Shown here: piece by piece, positions 15,741-25,272 of the stretch | Numbering within the stretch: the stretch's first letter is position 1 | Layout of the letters: every line of letters starts with the position of its first letter | From: Candidatus Bathyarchaeota archaeon | GTDB taxonomy: Archaea > Thermoproteota > Bathyarchaeia > 40CM-2-53-6 | Assembly (NCBI GenBank): GCA_963753065.1 | Contig: CAVWAQ010000002.1 | Location: 535-64,534, forward strand | Length of the DNA stretch: 64,000 nucleotides | Direction of reading: 5' to 3' | The notes under the pieces: model-generated | What the model saw: the letters and a program-made list of their open reading frames with translations, nothing else | The model's database searches: none | Told to the model about the DNA's origin: nothing | Made by a program: the position numbers and the translations under genes

Positions 15741-17339
15741 ATGTTGCCGGACGAAGGGAAGTCGCTGCGGCCTGTGAATTCGGAGCGAGCGTCTATTCGA
15801 CTCGTGCACAAGGCTACGATGTTCTCATGGTTATGGAGAGACTATGCGGATGGCCTGCGGTACCATGCGCGTAGGCTGAATGGTCATCAAGTGATGATTC
15901 TCGCCGCTGACAGATCACTCGTCGATCTTGATGCTCGGAAAGGCGCGATGGGCGAGTTCATCGTGGAACGGCTGCTGACACCATATCGTCCGTTACAGAA
16001 TGCAGAGCTACTTCACTCAATCGAGGTCGACGCGAAGGAACGAATTCTCCGTGAGGAGCTGACGGAGCTGGTCCTTGAATACGGAGACATGGCAAGGGAG
16101 CTGTCGATTCAAGAAGAGTATCTGATGCTTGCTCGAATCAGGAGGCGCGCAAGAGTGTTCTTGTCTGCAGCAAGGACTTGTTCGCTCCTGCTCGATCGGT
16201 CTGTTCGTGAGGCGAACCTCAAGAAGATGACGCCAGGTTACCGGAGCGCAATACAGAGACTCATTGATGCAGGAGTTCTTCGAGAGGAAGGCCCTGCCTA
16301 TTCTCTCGTAGATTCGTTCGTTGATCGTTCGCTCAGAAGACACCCCGCTAGGAAGGTCATCAATATTGTGCAAGCAGGAAGGCGAACGCTCCAAGCATAT
16401 CTAGCACATGGGAAAGCTACATACTTGACTCCGGACATTCTAACAAGAGAACTCGTATCTTCACTTGAGGCGGGCCTTCTCGGCGAGTTTCCATCGGAGA
16501 CTCTTGAGGATCCCAAGAAATACTTGTCTTTGAAGACGACGACTGGCCTCGTTAGTCTCGCGGAAAGATTCTCGATCGAGAAATTCGCAGGCCAATTCAG
16601 GCCGGGCGTGATCGTCACAGTTACGCCGCTCGGGAACGCTCTGAATGAGGTATACCTGATCACAGCGGGCAATGAGCGGCTCGTAACGAAGAAATTCACA
16701 GAATGGCAGAACTTCAAGTGGTTCACTCTTGGCCTCGTCTCGCTCGGAACGCAGTTCTTCTCCGTCTCGGGAAAGGCCAGACTTGAGAACGAGTATGCCG
16801 TCAATCGGTTGTTGTCCAGGCATCGAGTGCCAGTCGCAGAAATCTTGCACATCAGTTTGCCGGATCGCGTTCTTGTGGAACGTTACATCGAAGGAATCTC
16901 GCTGGTCGAACTCGCCAAGAAGGCTGTGTCGAACAAGTCACTTTCTGAGCAGGACCATGCCGCCGTGTCCAAGGTCGGTTCGATACTGGCTAGAATGCAT
17001 GCAGCTGGTGTAGCCATGGGAGATTCCAAGCCAGAGAACTTCCAATACGGAGTCGACAAGGAGGTTTACTCCCTTGATCTCGAGCAGGCAAGAAAGTCAG
17101 GAGACAAGGCATGGGATGTTGCAGAGTTCCTCTACTACTCAGGCCATTATGTGTTCCCCACGATGCTTTCAGCCGGTTTCAAGGAATACGTCGAGGCCTT
17201 CATTCATGGTTACCTGGCTAAGGGAGACCAGAATGTACTGAAGACTGCGGCTGGCGCTAAGTATGGGCGAGTTTTCTCGCTTTGGACCCCTCCACTTGTC
17301 ATTCTCGAAATATCGAAATCCCTGAGAAGTGCTGCTTGA
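15741..17339 (+). CDS. Protein with a C-terminal Bud32/RIO/Kdo-like small kinase domain and an uncharacterised N-terminal region
   Basis: The 532-aa ORF has kinase-like motifs in its C-terminal third: LVTKKF (VAIK-like Lys), LVERYIEG, HAAGVAMGDSKPENFQY (catalytic-loop-like D-x-K-P-x-N) and YSLDLEQA (DFG/DLE-like). Confidence 0.55.
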   Translation: MLPDEGKSLRPVNSERASIRLVHKATMFSWLWRDYADGLRYHARRLNGHQVMILAADRSLVDLDARKGAMGEFIVERLLTPYRPLQNAELLHSIEVDAKERILREELTELVLEYGDMARELSIQEEYLMLARIRRRARVFLSAARTCSLLLDRSVREANLKKMTPGYRSAIQRLIDAGVLREEGPAYSLVDSFVDRSLRRHPARKVINIVQAGRRTLQAYLAHGKATYLTPDILTRELVSSLEAGLLGEFPSETLEDPKKYLSLKTTTGLVSLAERFSIEKFAGQFRPGVIVTVTPLGNALNEVYLITAGNERLVTKKFTEWQNFKWFTLGLVSLGTQFFSVSGKARLENEYAVNRLLSRHRVPVAEILHISLPDRVLVERYIEGISLVELAKKAVSNKSLSEQDHAAVSKVGSILARMHAAGVAMGDSKPENFQYGVDKEVYSLDLEQARKSGDKAWDVAEFLYYSGHYVFPTMLSAGFKEYVEAFIHGYLAKGDQNVLKTAAGAKYGRVFSLWTPPLVILEISKSLRSAA

Positions 17340-17352
17340 TTGATGAGTTGCC

Positions 17353-18003
17353 ATGGTGCGGATTGAACCCGACCGTCAGTTTCGAGCAGCGATATTCGAC
17401 CTTGATGGCACTCTGACCGATACTCGAAGTATCTGGCAGCATCTTCACGGGAAATTCGGGACTTTGGATGTGGGAAGAAGAACGGCTGAGATGTACCAGG
17501 ACGGACGAATAGACTACGTTGAGTGGGCAAGGCTAGACGCGGCATGTTGGAAAGGCATCTCCTTGGTCGACCTCCTTCCAGCTCTGAGTGAGATCCGCTA
17601 CACGCCCGGCGCGCCTGAGCTCATGGAGCAGCTCAGAAATCATGGGATTCGAACAGGAATTGTAAGTGCAGGCCTGTCGATACTGGCTGACAAAGCCAAA
17701 GTTGACTTGAACGCCGATCTGGTGATCTCCAACGAGCTTAAGGTGATTAATGGAGTCCTAACAGGGGAGGTCGTCGTGCGAGTCGGGCCAGGCAACAAGG
17801 AAGCTGTCATTGAAGAAGCCGCATGGTTGCTGGGAGCCGACATGAAAGAGACAATCGTGGTCGGCGACAATCTGTTTGACCTTCCAAAGTCTGCCCGTCT
17901 CAAAGTAGCTTTCAAACCTGTCACGATACAGGCCAGAGCAGCGGCAGATGTCGTAGTTGAAGACGACGACATCCGAGCGGTTGCCGACCACATCTTCCAA
18001 TAG
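17353..18003 (+). CDS. HAD-superfamily hydrolase, subfamily IB (phosphoserine phosphatase-like)
   Basis: HAD motif I is AAIFDLDGTLTD, motif II is VSAG, and motif IV is VVGDNLFD. Confidence 0.8.
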   Translation: MVRIEPDRQFRAAIFDLDGTLTDTRSIWQHLHGKFGTLDVGRRTAEMYQDGRIDYVEWARLDAACWKGISLVDLLPALSEIRYTPGAPELMEQLRNHGIRTGIVSAGLSILADKAKVDLNADLVISNELKVINGVLTGEVVVRVGPGNKEAVIEEAAWLLGADMKETIVVGDNLFDLPKSARLKVAFKPVTIQARAAADVVVEDDDIRAVADHIFQ

Positions 18004-18108
18004 CTCTCTTGGAAGTGCAGTTCTACACGTTCTTGGCAAGTGTCATATCATTGCTGCAGCGTGTAGTCAGGCGAGATTCGTACAGGCTGACTGGGAGGGC
18101 AAGGAAGA

Positions 18109-18546
18109 GTGTCCGCTAAATGCAGTGGCGTCAACTACGCTCTCCGTTTTCATGAAAGGGCCATTCAGGTCCGGGCTAGACCATTCCGAGGCACAACTGT
18201 AGCCATAGAGACGGACAGAATCAAGTCGATCGAATTACTGAGAAAGAGCGTGATGCCTCCAGCGATGATTGGCGTCGTTTGTCTTTCATTAGGTCTGATT
18301 CTTGGAATTGCAGAAGACGAGTCTGTCGTAATTGTGCCAATTGGACTCCGCAGTGCATTGCAGTATCTGTTGATAGGAGCCGCTGCTATCTGCCTAGCAA
18401 TTCTGCTCTCCAGATGGTTCTTCAGCAATATGATCTTGAAGCGAGTCGATGCCCCACCGATCACCGTAAGGATGGTCCCAACCGGCAGCGCAAGGCGCTT
18501 CGTCATGCTGATCCAGGGCGAGACCCGCGGCGCCAAAGTGACTTAG
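18109..18546 (+). CDS. Small membrane protein (hypothetical)
   Basis: The 145-aa ORF has two hydrophobic segments (MIGVVCLSLGLILGI; LLIGAAAICLAILL) and fits a compact gene spacing. Confidence 0.45.
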   Translation: MSAKCSGVNYALRFHERAIQVRARPFRGTTVAIETDRIKSIELLRKSVMPPAMIGVVCLSLGLILGIAEDESVVIVPIGLRSALQYLLIGAAAICLAILLSRWFFSNMILKRVDAPPITVRMVPTGSARRFVMLIQGETRGAKVT

Positions 18547-18555
18547 CATGGAGGA

Positions 18556-19377
18556 TTGCTGTTGAGTCGAGAGTCGGAGAGAATCAAGGAAGGCGACAAG
18601 ATTCTCCTGTTCTGGGATCAACGAAGACAATGGCTTCTGAACGTGGAGAAGGAGAGGCAATTTCACACGCACAAAGGCGTCGTGAAACTGAGCGACGTGG
18701 TTGGAAAGAGGTACGGAGAGACCGTGCTGAGTTCGCTCGGGCTGGTTTTTCTGGTCTTACGGCCGACCACGTACGACTTTCTCGGTCATGTTGCACGTCC
18801 TACCCAAATCATGTACCCCAAGGACATTGGTCTCGTCCTGCTCAAACTCGGTCTCTCATCCGGCAAGATTGTCATCGAAGCAGGAACCGGTAGCGGTGCG
18901 ATGACTCTTGCAATGGCGAGCGCGATCAAGCCGGAGGGACATGTCTACTCCTACGAGATCCGCCCGAGTTTCATGGAGTCAGCTAGACGGGGCCTGAGGA
19001 GGGCCGGCCTTGACGAGTACGTGACGCTGGTACAGCGCGATGCAAAGGAGGGGTTCGAGCAGCGGGAGGTTGATGCAGCGCTCATCGACCTCGGGGAACC
19101 TTGGGCCGTGATTCCGCATGCGTGGGAGGCCCTGCGAGGAGGATCTCCAATCGGATCTTTCAGTCCGACGACGAACCAGGTGGAGCGAACAGTAATCAGT
19201 ATGCGTGGGAAATTCGCTAACATTCAAAGCCTCGAATGTTTCCTCCGCGAAATCCGTGCAGAAGAGGGCAAAACTAGGCCTGCGACGGTAATGACTGGAC
19301 ATACGGGTTACTTGACGTTCGCGAACAAGATCTATCCGTCTGAGCAGGAACGAGCCTCATCTCCGGAGCATGCGTAA
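18556..19377 (+). CDS. trmI: tRNA (adenine-N1)-methyltransferase, TrmI/Gcd14 family
   Basis: The 273-aa ORF has TQIMYPKDIGLVLLKLGL..GKIVIEAGTGSGAMTLAMA (SAM motif I) and the GHVYSYEIR..RDAKEG arrangement typical of TrmI. Confidence 0.85.
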   Translation: MLLSRESERIKEGDKILLFWDQRRQWLLNVEKERQFHTHKGVVKLSDVVGKRYGETVLSSLGLVFLVLRPTTYDFLGHVARPTQIMYPKDIGLVLLKLGLSSGKIVIEAGTGSGAMTLAMASAIKPEGHVYSYEIRPSFMESARRGLRRAGLDEYVTLVQRDAKEGFEQREVDAALIDLGEPWAVIPHAWEALRGGSPIGSFSPTTNQVERTVISMRGKFANIQSLECFLREIRAEEGKTRPATVMTGHTGYLTFANKIYPSEQERASSPEHA

Positions 19378-19707
19378 ACGTTTAATCAGGGCCCTGCTTC
19401 CAACTTGCGCCTCTAGGCGAAAAGGAATGAGCGCCGACATCAAACGTCAGCCACTAAGCCGGATTGTTCGGTTAGTCCTAACGATCGTGGGAGCATTGTC
19501 AATGGTTGCACCGTCCTACACGTTGTAGGTATTGAACCTGACCAGTCGTCTTCATACCAGAATGGTCGCAGCAATAATGCTTGTCTTCTCTTGTTGTTGG
19601 ATTCGTGCTGCTCTATCTTGCGTTCAGAGGACAGGAATCCCCAAGCTGACCGAAGCTAGCGTACATCCGTTTGCTTTCAGCGGGTGGACCGCCGTCGTCT
19701 TCCGTAT

Positions 19708-20523
19708 CTACAGTGACATGTATGACAATCCGGTCAATAGGGCAGCCAGTGCAAGTAGGACAAGCCACACCGGCTTGTTCCATCTGAACACCTTGAGGCC
19801 ATCGAAAACGCCGAATGGAATCAGGTTGAACAATGCCATGAATGCATTGATTGCTGCCCCAGCCAACATGGCCTCCAAGAGCCCAATTGGATGCAGCACT
19901 TCAGCCAGCCCAAGAAGCAAGCTCGCGATCAGAATGTTCACGGTCGGACCGGCCGCAGCTGTTCTACCGATTCGATCGGGAGTAGTATCGCCGGCAATTA
20001 CGACAGCGCCTGGCGCGATAATCTTCAGAGGCGACACAGCCGACAATAGCGTCAACACTGCGCCGAACGTGCTTAGTCTGAATTCTGCCCACATTCCATA
20101 ACGCTGAGCCACAGCCTTGTGCGTCAGCTCGTGAGTGATGAAACCGGCCGTGAAGAAGAAGACCGCCGCTGCGATGGCTAGCCAGTTCGAGAAGACCTGA
20201 GGCGCGAAGAAGGAAAGTCCAACTCCTGAAACGAGAATGACCCCGATCAGAATGTGCCTAACCTCTGTTGGGCTGAACCTGAAGACCGATCTGGTCGAGC
20301 GCACAGATGGTGCTCTGTATGCGCGAATATCGGGAGGCGTCATGGTGCTGAACAAAGATTGCCTGTGAGCGCGGACCCTCCAGTACTCTGAGCAGTTGTG
20401 GCTCTCGGGCAGTCTATGCTGGGCGCAGAAAGCGCCACCACAGAACGTGCAAATGAATGGCATATCGACTTCCATTGCGCACGTTTGGCATCTCAAATGG
20501 ATCACGTGCCGTCTGCATGGCAC
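19708..20523 (-). CDS. AN1-type zinc finger fused to an M50-like (site-2 protease family) membrane metalloprotease
   Basis: The N-terminal Cys/His cluster is CQTCAMEVDMPFICTFCGGAFCAQHRLPESHNC. HELTH (HExxH) lies within a TM segment, and there are multiple TMs. Confidence 0.75.
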   Translation of the reverse strand: MPCRRHVIHLRCQTCAMEVDMPFICTFCGGAFCAQHRLPESHNCSEYWRVRAHRQSLFSTMTPPDIRAYRAPSVRSTRSVFRFSPTEVRHILIGVILVSGVGLSFFAPQVFSNWLAIAAAVFFFTAGFITHELTHKAVAQRYGMWAEFRLSTFGAVLTLLSAVSPLKIIAPGAVVIAGDTTPDRIGRTAAAGPTVNILIASLLLGLAEVLHPIGLLEAMLAGAAINAFMALFNLIPFGVFDGLKVFRWNKPVWLVLLALAALLTGLSYMSL

Positions 20524-20970
20524 ACTAGCCGGCTCTTATTGGTTCCTAGTCCTCTGAGATCAGACAGATAGCAGGCATAGTCGGAACAGAGGAGACGGAA
20601 GAACGGATTATCTCAGTTACGTTCGTTCCCGCATTCGATCCCGCCGTGCTTCCAAGAAACACTAGCCCAATATCAAATAGGACTTCGACCATCCTTAGAT
20701 CTGGATAGAGCTTTCCCGCCCAGTTCAAAATGTTGGAAGACGCAGGGATTATTTGTGCTAGTGTTGTCCCGAGAATTCTTCCAGCCTTTCGGTTTCTCCG
20801 ATGAGGAGAATCGAGGCGAAGCTTAATGGGCAACTTACACCTGGGGAAACAACTCGACCTGAAGGCGGCCAGGAGACCAAGGTCTGACTCAAGCACGCTC
20901 GGCGAAGCGACAGCTCGATCATGGGAAATTAGGCAAGATCGAGGCTCTGGCTGCCTTTTCACCCGACGCG

Positions 20971-22278
20971 TTGGCCTCGATTGGCTACGCTGATCAAGAG
21001 GTCTATCTGGGGCTAGTTGTTGCTGGTGCCGTTGGGCTTTCGCAAGCGCTTCCTATCGCTTTGGCCATCACTGGACTCTTGGCGATTTTGGCTCTCTCAT
21101 ACACTCAGATTATCCACAGCTATCCGAGTGGCGGAGGCTCCTACGAAGTCGCTAGCAAGACGTTGGGCACCCTGCCTGGGCTCACGGCGGCGGCCGCATT
21201 GATTGTCAACTATCTGCTGAACGTAGCTGTAAGTCTGACAACGGGTGTTGACGCTATTGCGTCTGCCTTCCCTCAACTGTGGGCGTACAGAGTTCCCCTC
21301 TCCATCCTGCTTCTGTTGGGAATCACAGCTTTGAACCTGAGAGGAATGCGCGAAAGCGGCATCGTCATGGCGGTCCCGGTCTACCTGTTTGTCTTCGCAT
21401 ATCTGTGCATGCTGGGATACGGCGGATTCCATTTGGCCATTGGTGGGCAGGTTCCTCTATCTGAGACCGCCCCGCCAGCAGCTCAAGCTCTCACGATGGC
21501 ACTGTTGCTGCACACTTTTTCGACCGGATGCACGGCAATGACAGGAGTCGAAGCGATTAGCAATGGGGTCCCCTCTTTCCGGTCTCCTGAAACCAAGAAT
21601 GCTAGCCAGACAATGATTGTGATGGCGGTCTTGATGGGTGCCCTTTTTTTGGGGACGATCGGATTAATCCAGACTCTCGCCGTTGTCGCGGGGCCACAAG
21701 AAACGATACTTTCTGCGCTCGCGCACCGCCTAGTAGGCAGTGGCCCAGCTTATCTCATCATACAATCTAGTACACTGATAATGCTCACGGTTGGAGCCAA
21801 CACGAGCTTTGCTGGGTTGCCTCGGCTCATGAGCGTCATGGCGGGCGACGGCTTCCTTCCAAAGATGTTGACCAAGCCAAACTCACGGTCGGTCCTTGCG
21901 AATGGCATCCTCCTTTTGGCGTCGGCCTCTGCCGTCTTGATCGTGCTCTTCTCAGGGAGCAGCCACGCTCTGGTTCCACTGTTTGCAGTAGGCGTGTTTT
22001 TGGCTTGGACTCTCTCGCAGTCGGGAATGGTGATACATTGGAGGCGTCAGCGCGGCGGGAGATGGAAACTCAAAGCATTATTGAACGGCACGGGAGCTGC
22101 AGCGACAGCAGCAACCTTCGTGATCGTGGGATCAAGCAAATTCCTCGAGGGAGCTTGGATTGCCGTTCTACTCATTCCGATTCTCGTCATGATCTTTCTG
22201 TGGTTCCGTGCGCGCGCCAGACTTGATCGGCGATCATACTGGCAGGATCTCGAATTGTCAGGACTCGAACCCTCTTAG
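20971..22278 (+). CDS. APC-superfamily amino acid permease (N-terminus apparently disrupted)
   Basis: The 435-aa polytopic ORF has a TTG start. Homology-like sequence (KIEALAAFSPDALASIGYA) continues upstream to 20863 without a canonical start. An ATG at 20826 lies in another frame. Confidence 0.7.
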   Translation: MASIGYADQEVYLGLVVAGAVGLSQALPIALAITGLLAILALSYTQIIHSYPSGGGSYEVASKTLGTLPGLTAAAALIVNYLLNVAVSLTTGVDAIASAFPQLWAYRVPLSILLLLGITALNLRGMRESGIVMAVPVYLFVFAYLCMLGYGGFHLAIGGQVPLSETAPPAAQALTMALLLHTFSTGCTAMTGVEAISNGVPSFRSPETKNASQTMIVMAVLMGALFLGTIGLIQTLAVVAGPQETILSALAHRLVGSGPAYLIIQSSTLIMLTVGANTSFAGLPRLMSVMAGDGFLPKMLTKPNSRSVLANGILLLASASAVLIVLFSGSSHALVPLFAVGVFLAWTLSQSGMVIHWRRQRGGRWKLKALLNGTGAAATAATFVIVGSSKFLEGAWIAVLLIPILVMIFLWFRARARLDRRSYWQDLELSGLEPS

Positions 22279-22349
22279 TCTCCGCGGGATGTCGTTCCGT
22301 CTCACCGATCTTGGACTACGCGCGTGTGGCCACATTCGGTCGGATAGCC

Positions 22350-22613
22350 TCAGCCGGCTGTATCCTGACTAGATCGTTTCTGGTTGCGTGCGAATTCCCA
22401 TAACAATATGGGAAGGTTGTGGTGGATGAACTTCACCGCGGATTCGGACGGGTTCCTTTCGATGACACTGTGTATTATTCCGTCGAGTATCAGTATCTCT
22501 GGATGAGGCTTGGCTATAGGATGGATGAAGGCGTCGATCAGTCTGTTCAGTTCGCCCAGTGTGTAGATCTGCTTCTGACGCCGGGTGGTGGATGCTCGTC
22601 TTTGTCTTTTCAA
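22350..22613 (-). CDS. Hypothetical small protein
   Basis: The 87-aa ORF abuts the stop of the upstream gene (22614). I recognised no motifs. Confidence 0.3.
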   Translation of the reverse strand: MKRQRRASTTRRQKQIYTLGELNRLIDAFIHPIAKPHPEILILDGIIHSVIERNPSESAVKFIHHNLPILLWEFARNQKRSSQDTAG

Positions 22614-23267
22614 TCAGTTATCGCCCCAATTCGGTGGATGAAATGGGAGCCATGCCGATTTCGATGAGACTAGGATGGGACGTTCATGGCCGCAGTGGGG
22701 GCAGTAGATTTGATGCTTGAGCAATGGCGACTTGCAGTTGAGGCACTCAACTTGAAGTCCGGTTGGCTCCGTAGGGAGGAGCTTTCTTGGCCAGTCGATT
22801 TGTATGCCGCACTGGCTGCAGAAATCCTGGAGGAAGAAGTCCAACGGTTTTCCGCAGTTTCCACATTGTAGTCCTTCCGCCTTGAGACGGGTCTTGACAA
22901 TCGTTTTGATCGTATCCACTTGTTTCTCTAGGCCTGAGAATCTTAGGTGAGTTAGTCCGAAACCTGCAACTTCGCCCACGCCTAGAATAGCAAAACCATA
23001 CATGAGATTCCTAGTGTCCTTCTTGACACGACGAAGCTCTTCAGAATGATTGCCGTCTCCAAGCAGTTCCTTCCAGACCGTACTGAATCGCGGCTTGGTT
23101 GCCTTCAAGATATAGTATCCAGGACCGAACTTCTCCAGAACCTCTTCTGGCGTCAAGGGCTTGTCGAAAGTCTCTACTTTGATTAGGTGGCCCTCGCTGT
23201 TGCGCCGATGGAGTAGATACTTCTGAGGTTTCGTCTCGGCACTAGGTTGATGTTTGTCTTCTTCCAA
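22614..23267 (-). CDS. Double zinc-ribbon protein with one TM segment
   Basis: The zinc-ribbon motifs are CGNCGKPL...CSQCG and CLNCKSPL...CPHCG. The central TM is LMYGFAILGVGEVAGFGL. Confidence 0.55.
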   Translation of the reverse strand: MEEDKHQPSAETKPQKYLLHRRNSEGHLIKVETFDKPLTPEEVLEKFGPGYYILKATKPRFSTVWKELLGDGNHSEELRRVKKDTRNLMYGFAILGVGEVAGFGLTHLRFSGLEKQVDTIKTIVKTRLKAEGLQCGNCGKPLDFFLQDFCSQCGIQIDWPRKLLPTEPTGLQVECLNCKSPLLKHQIYCPHCGHERPILVSSKSAWLPFHPPNWGDN

Positions 23268-23818
23268 TTCGTCACCTTCGCATCAAGAAAAATGGGGAAG
23301 AGGTTGAGTTGTTGGATGAGCTGCTATTGATTCGGTGGCGGGTCAACGAGTTCGAGCAATTGCAGGACTGTTTGCTTGTCTCTCCCCAGCAGCTCTAACC
23401 CTGTTTTGAGTTCAGCCTCGCCCTGCTTTGCAAGCTCGCGAAAATGAAGTCCGAGGATGCAAATATCGCCTTAGGAAGGACAACATTTGTGATTGTGGAG
23501 GAAATAGCCGGAGCAAGCATTCTACGATTGCGTATTGCGTTGGGGGGAGAGGAGTTGCCGGAGCTAGAGGCTATGCGCTTGGGTTTGCTGCTTGGGCTTG
23601 CATCTAGCTGGAAGGGGTGGGAGGGGGGTGACCGGACGGCTAGGGTGAGTTCCACGGATTCCACGCGTGGAATTTCAACATGTTTGGGCATGGCTTGGAA
23701 TTCGGAGCTTAAGATCGCTCCGCGAAGTGTGGTTTTCTTCAGCAAGTTCAAAGAACTACGCAATCAGGACGCGATTCCAAAATCCAGAAAAGACAATGTC
23801 CGCCACCCACGATTCAAA

Positions 23819-24049
23819 TTAGGACGCCCGCTTGCCCCTTCTCAAAACGAGACCCATAGCGATCATAATCAAACCGACGATTAAGACAAAGGCACCGGCC
23901 ATCGGCCAAAACTGACCTGTCATGAAACGTCCTGGAATAACCCCAATGCCCTGAAGAAACCAAACGAGCCCAATGAGGGAAATTACTGCCCCAAACCAAA
24001 CGAGCCCAATGGTTTGGGTGATGCTAAGTCGCATACGAATGAACTCCAC
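23819..24049 (-). CDS. Small membrane protein (hypothetical)
   Basis: The 76-aa ORF has a GTG start and two or three hydrophobic helices. It is preceded by another ORF of about 56 aa with a signal anchor at about 24054-24222 (below the ORF-track cutoff). Confidence 0.4.
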   Translation of the reverse strand: MEFIRMRLSITQTIGLVWFGAVISLIGLVWFLQGIGVIPGRFMTGQFWPMAGAFVLIVGLIMIAMGLVLRRGKRAS

Positions 24050-24367
24050 CGATCAACGGGTTGTTGAGAACTTAACTCTGATGGTCTGGTTGAGCATTTG
24101 CGCACCAAGGTACAGATTGTAGGTACTGGTTGTTACTTGTGCGTTAAGCAGCAGAAACGACACGCTCAGAATCACCAGAGCGAGTATGATTGCGGATATC
24201 CTAACAGCCCTTGCGCTCGTCATGCAGGTTTACCCGCACTCTACGAATGACCGGAAACGCCAACATGAATCGAACGGTTAGAACAACGCCTTCGAGCAAT
24301 TAGAACAGAATTGCAAGCTGAAGATATGCTTTGTGCCGCCGGACTCGAACTGTCTTCGCTTCCGCTT

Positions 24368-24697
24368 TCAGAACAGTTCGCGTTCTTTGATTTTCGCCGC
24401 AAGTTTTGGCGGAGCGCGGATCGGCTTCAACTCCTCTCGAGGTCTGGTCGCAACTGTCTTCGTTTTCACGGTGAACGCACAAGTGCCGTTTGGTAGCAGT
24501 TTCCCTTTCTGACACTGTGCCAACTTGCAGGTTTGTGGTGTACATCTATCATCCACATCGCTGCACCACCCGTCGCCTTGCTTGAGGCTGAACTTGTGTT
24601 GGGAGCACTCGAAGAACATGCATGTATTGAAACACGGTTCCGAGGCAGGGGCATCATAGTGAGGAGGAAGGCCACGCATCATTGAAATCAACTCCAA
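24368..24697 (-). CDS. Cys-rich small protein (hypothetical)
   Basis: The 109-aa ORF has 9 Cys residues in the first 75 aa and a basic C-terminal tail. Confidence 0.4.
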   Translation of the reverse strand: MELISMMRGLPPHYDAPASEPCFNTCMFFECSQHKFSLKQGDGWCSDVDDRCTPQTCKLAQCQKGKLLPNGTCAFTVKTKTVATRPREELKPIRAPPKLAAKIKERELF

Positions 24698-24865
24698 AAC
24701 GAAAGAAGCCAGAATTGTAGGTTCGTGGTTTCGCTTGCATCACGTGTCTCAAGGCCTTATTACCCTTTCCTTCAAGAGCCGACCTATCTGCCGAGAATCA
24801 AAAGCGGCGGTTGGGACTAGGCTATATATCTGAACTGACAAGCAGGGTGACGAGGCAGCATAGGA

Positions 24866-25078
24866 GTGTCGAAGCATCAGAAAGAGTCAGCGCCGGTGAT
24901 CGTGAAGCACAAGCACTGTCTTATCTGCGCAACCCCGATCCCAATGAGCAAAGACTTTTGCAGCACGACTTGCGAAGATGAGAACAAGCGACTAGGTCGA
25001 CGACGCAAGTACACGTTCCTCTTGACTCTGGCGATGTTCCCTGTGCTCTTCCTGCTGCTCTTCGTGTTGCGCAGATAG
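24866..25078 (+). CDS. Zn-ribbon membrane protein (DUF2116-like)
   Basis: The 70-aa ORF has CLIC...CSTTC followed by a C-terminal TM (FLLTLAMFPVLFLLLFVL). Confidence 0.5.
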   Translation: MSKHQKESAPVIVKHKHCLICATPIPMSKDFCSTTCEDENKRLGRRRKYTFLLTLAMFPVLFLLLFVLRR

Positions 25079-25272
25079 TGAGTTCGCCCTGCAAGCGAAT
25101 CCCTATTGACAAGTTCACGAGCTAGATTCAATGGTGCTGCGCGACGCGAGAAGTTCTTAAAGCGTTCGATGGTTGCACGCGAGATCGTCATAAGTCTAAT
25201 ATACATTACGAGCCGTCATTCATTCTTCACTAGGGTCACGTGGACCCTACAACAAATAGAGGAAAATGAAAA

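Noticed and set aside
23290-23884. ORFs 23395-23763 (-) and 23444-23884 (+) contain a KKTTLRGA stretch hinting at a degraded P-loop ATPase.
   Set aside because: KKTTL is not a valid Walker A context (there is no GxxxxGK). Both ORFs overlap each other, are low-complexity and have no further motifs. I left them unannotated as possible debris.
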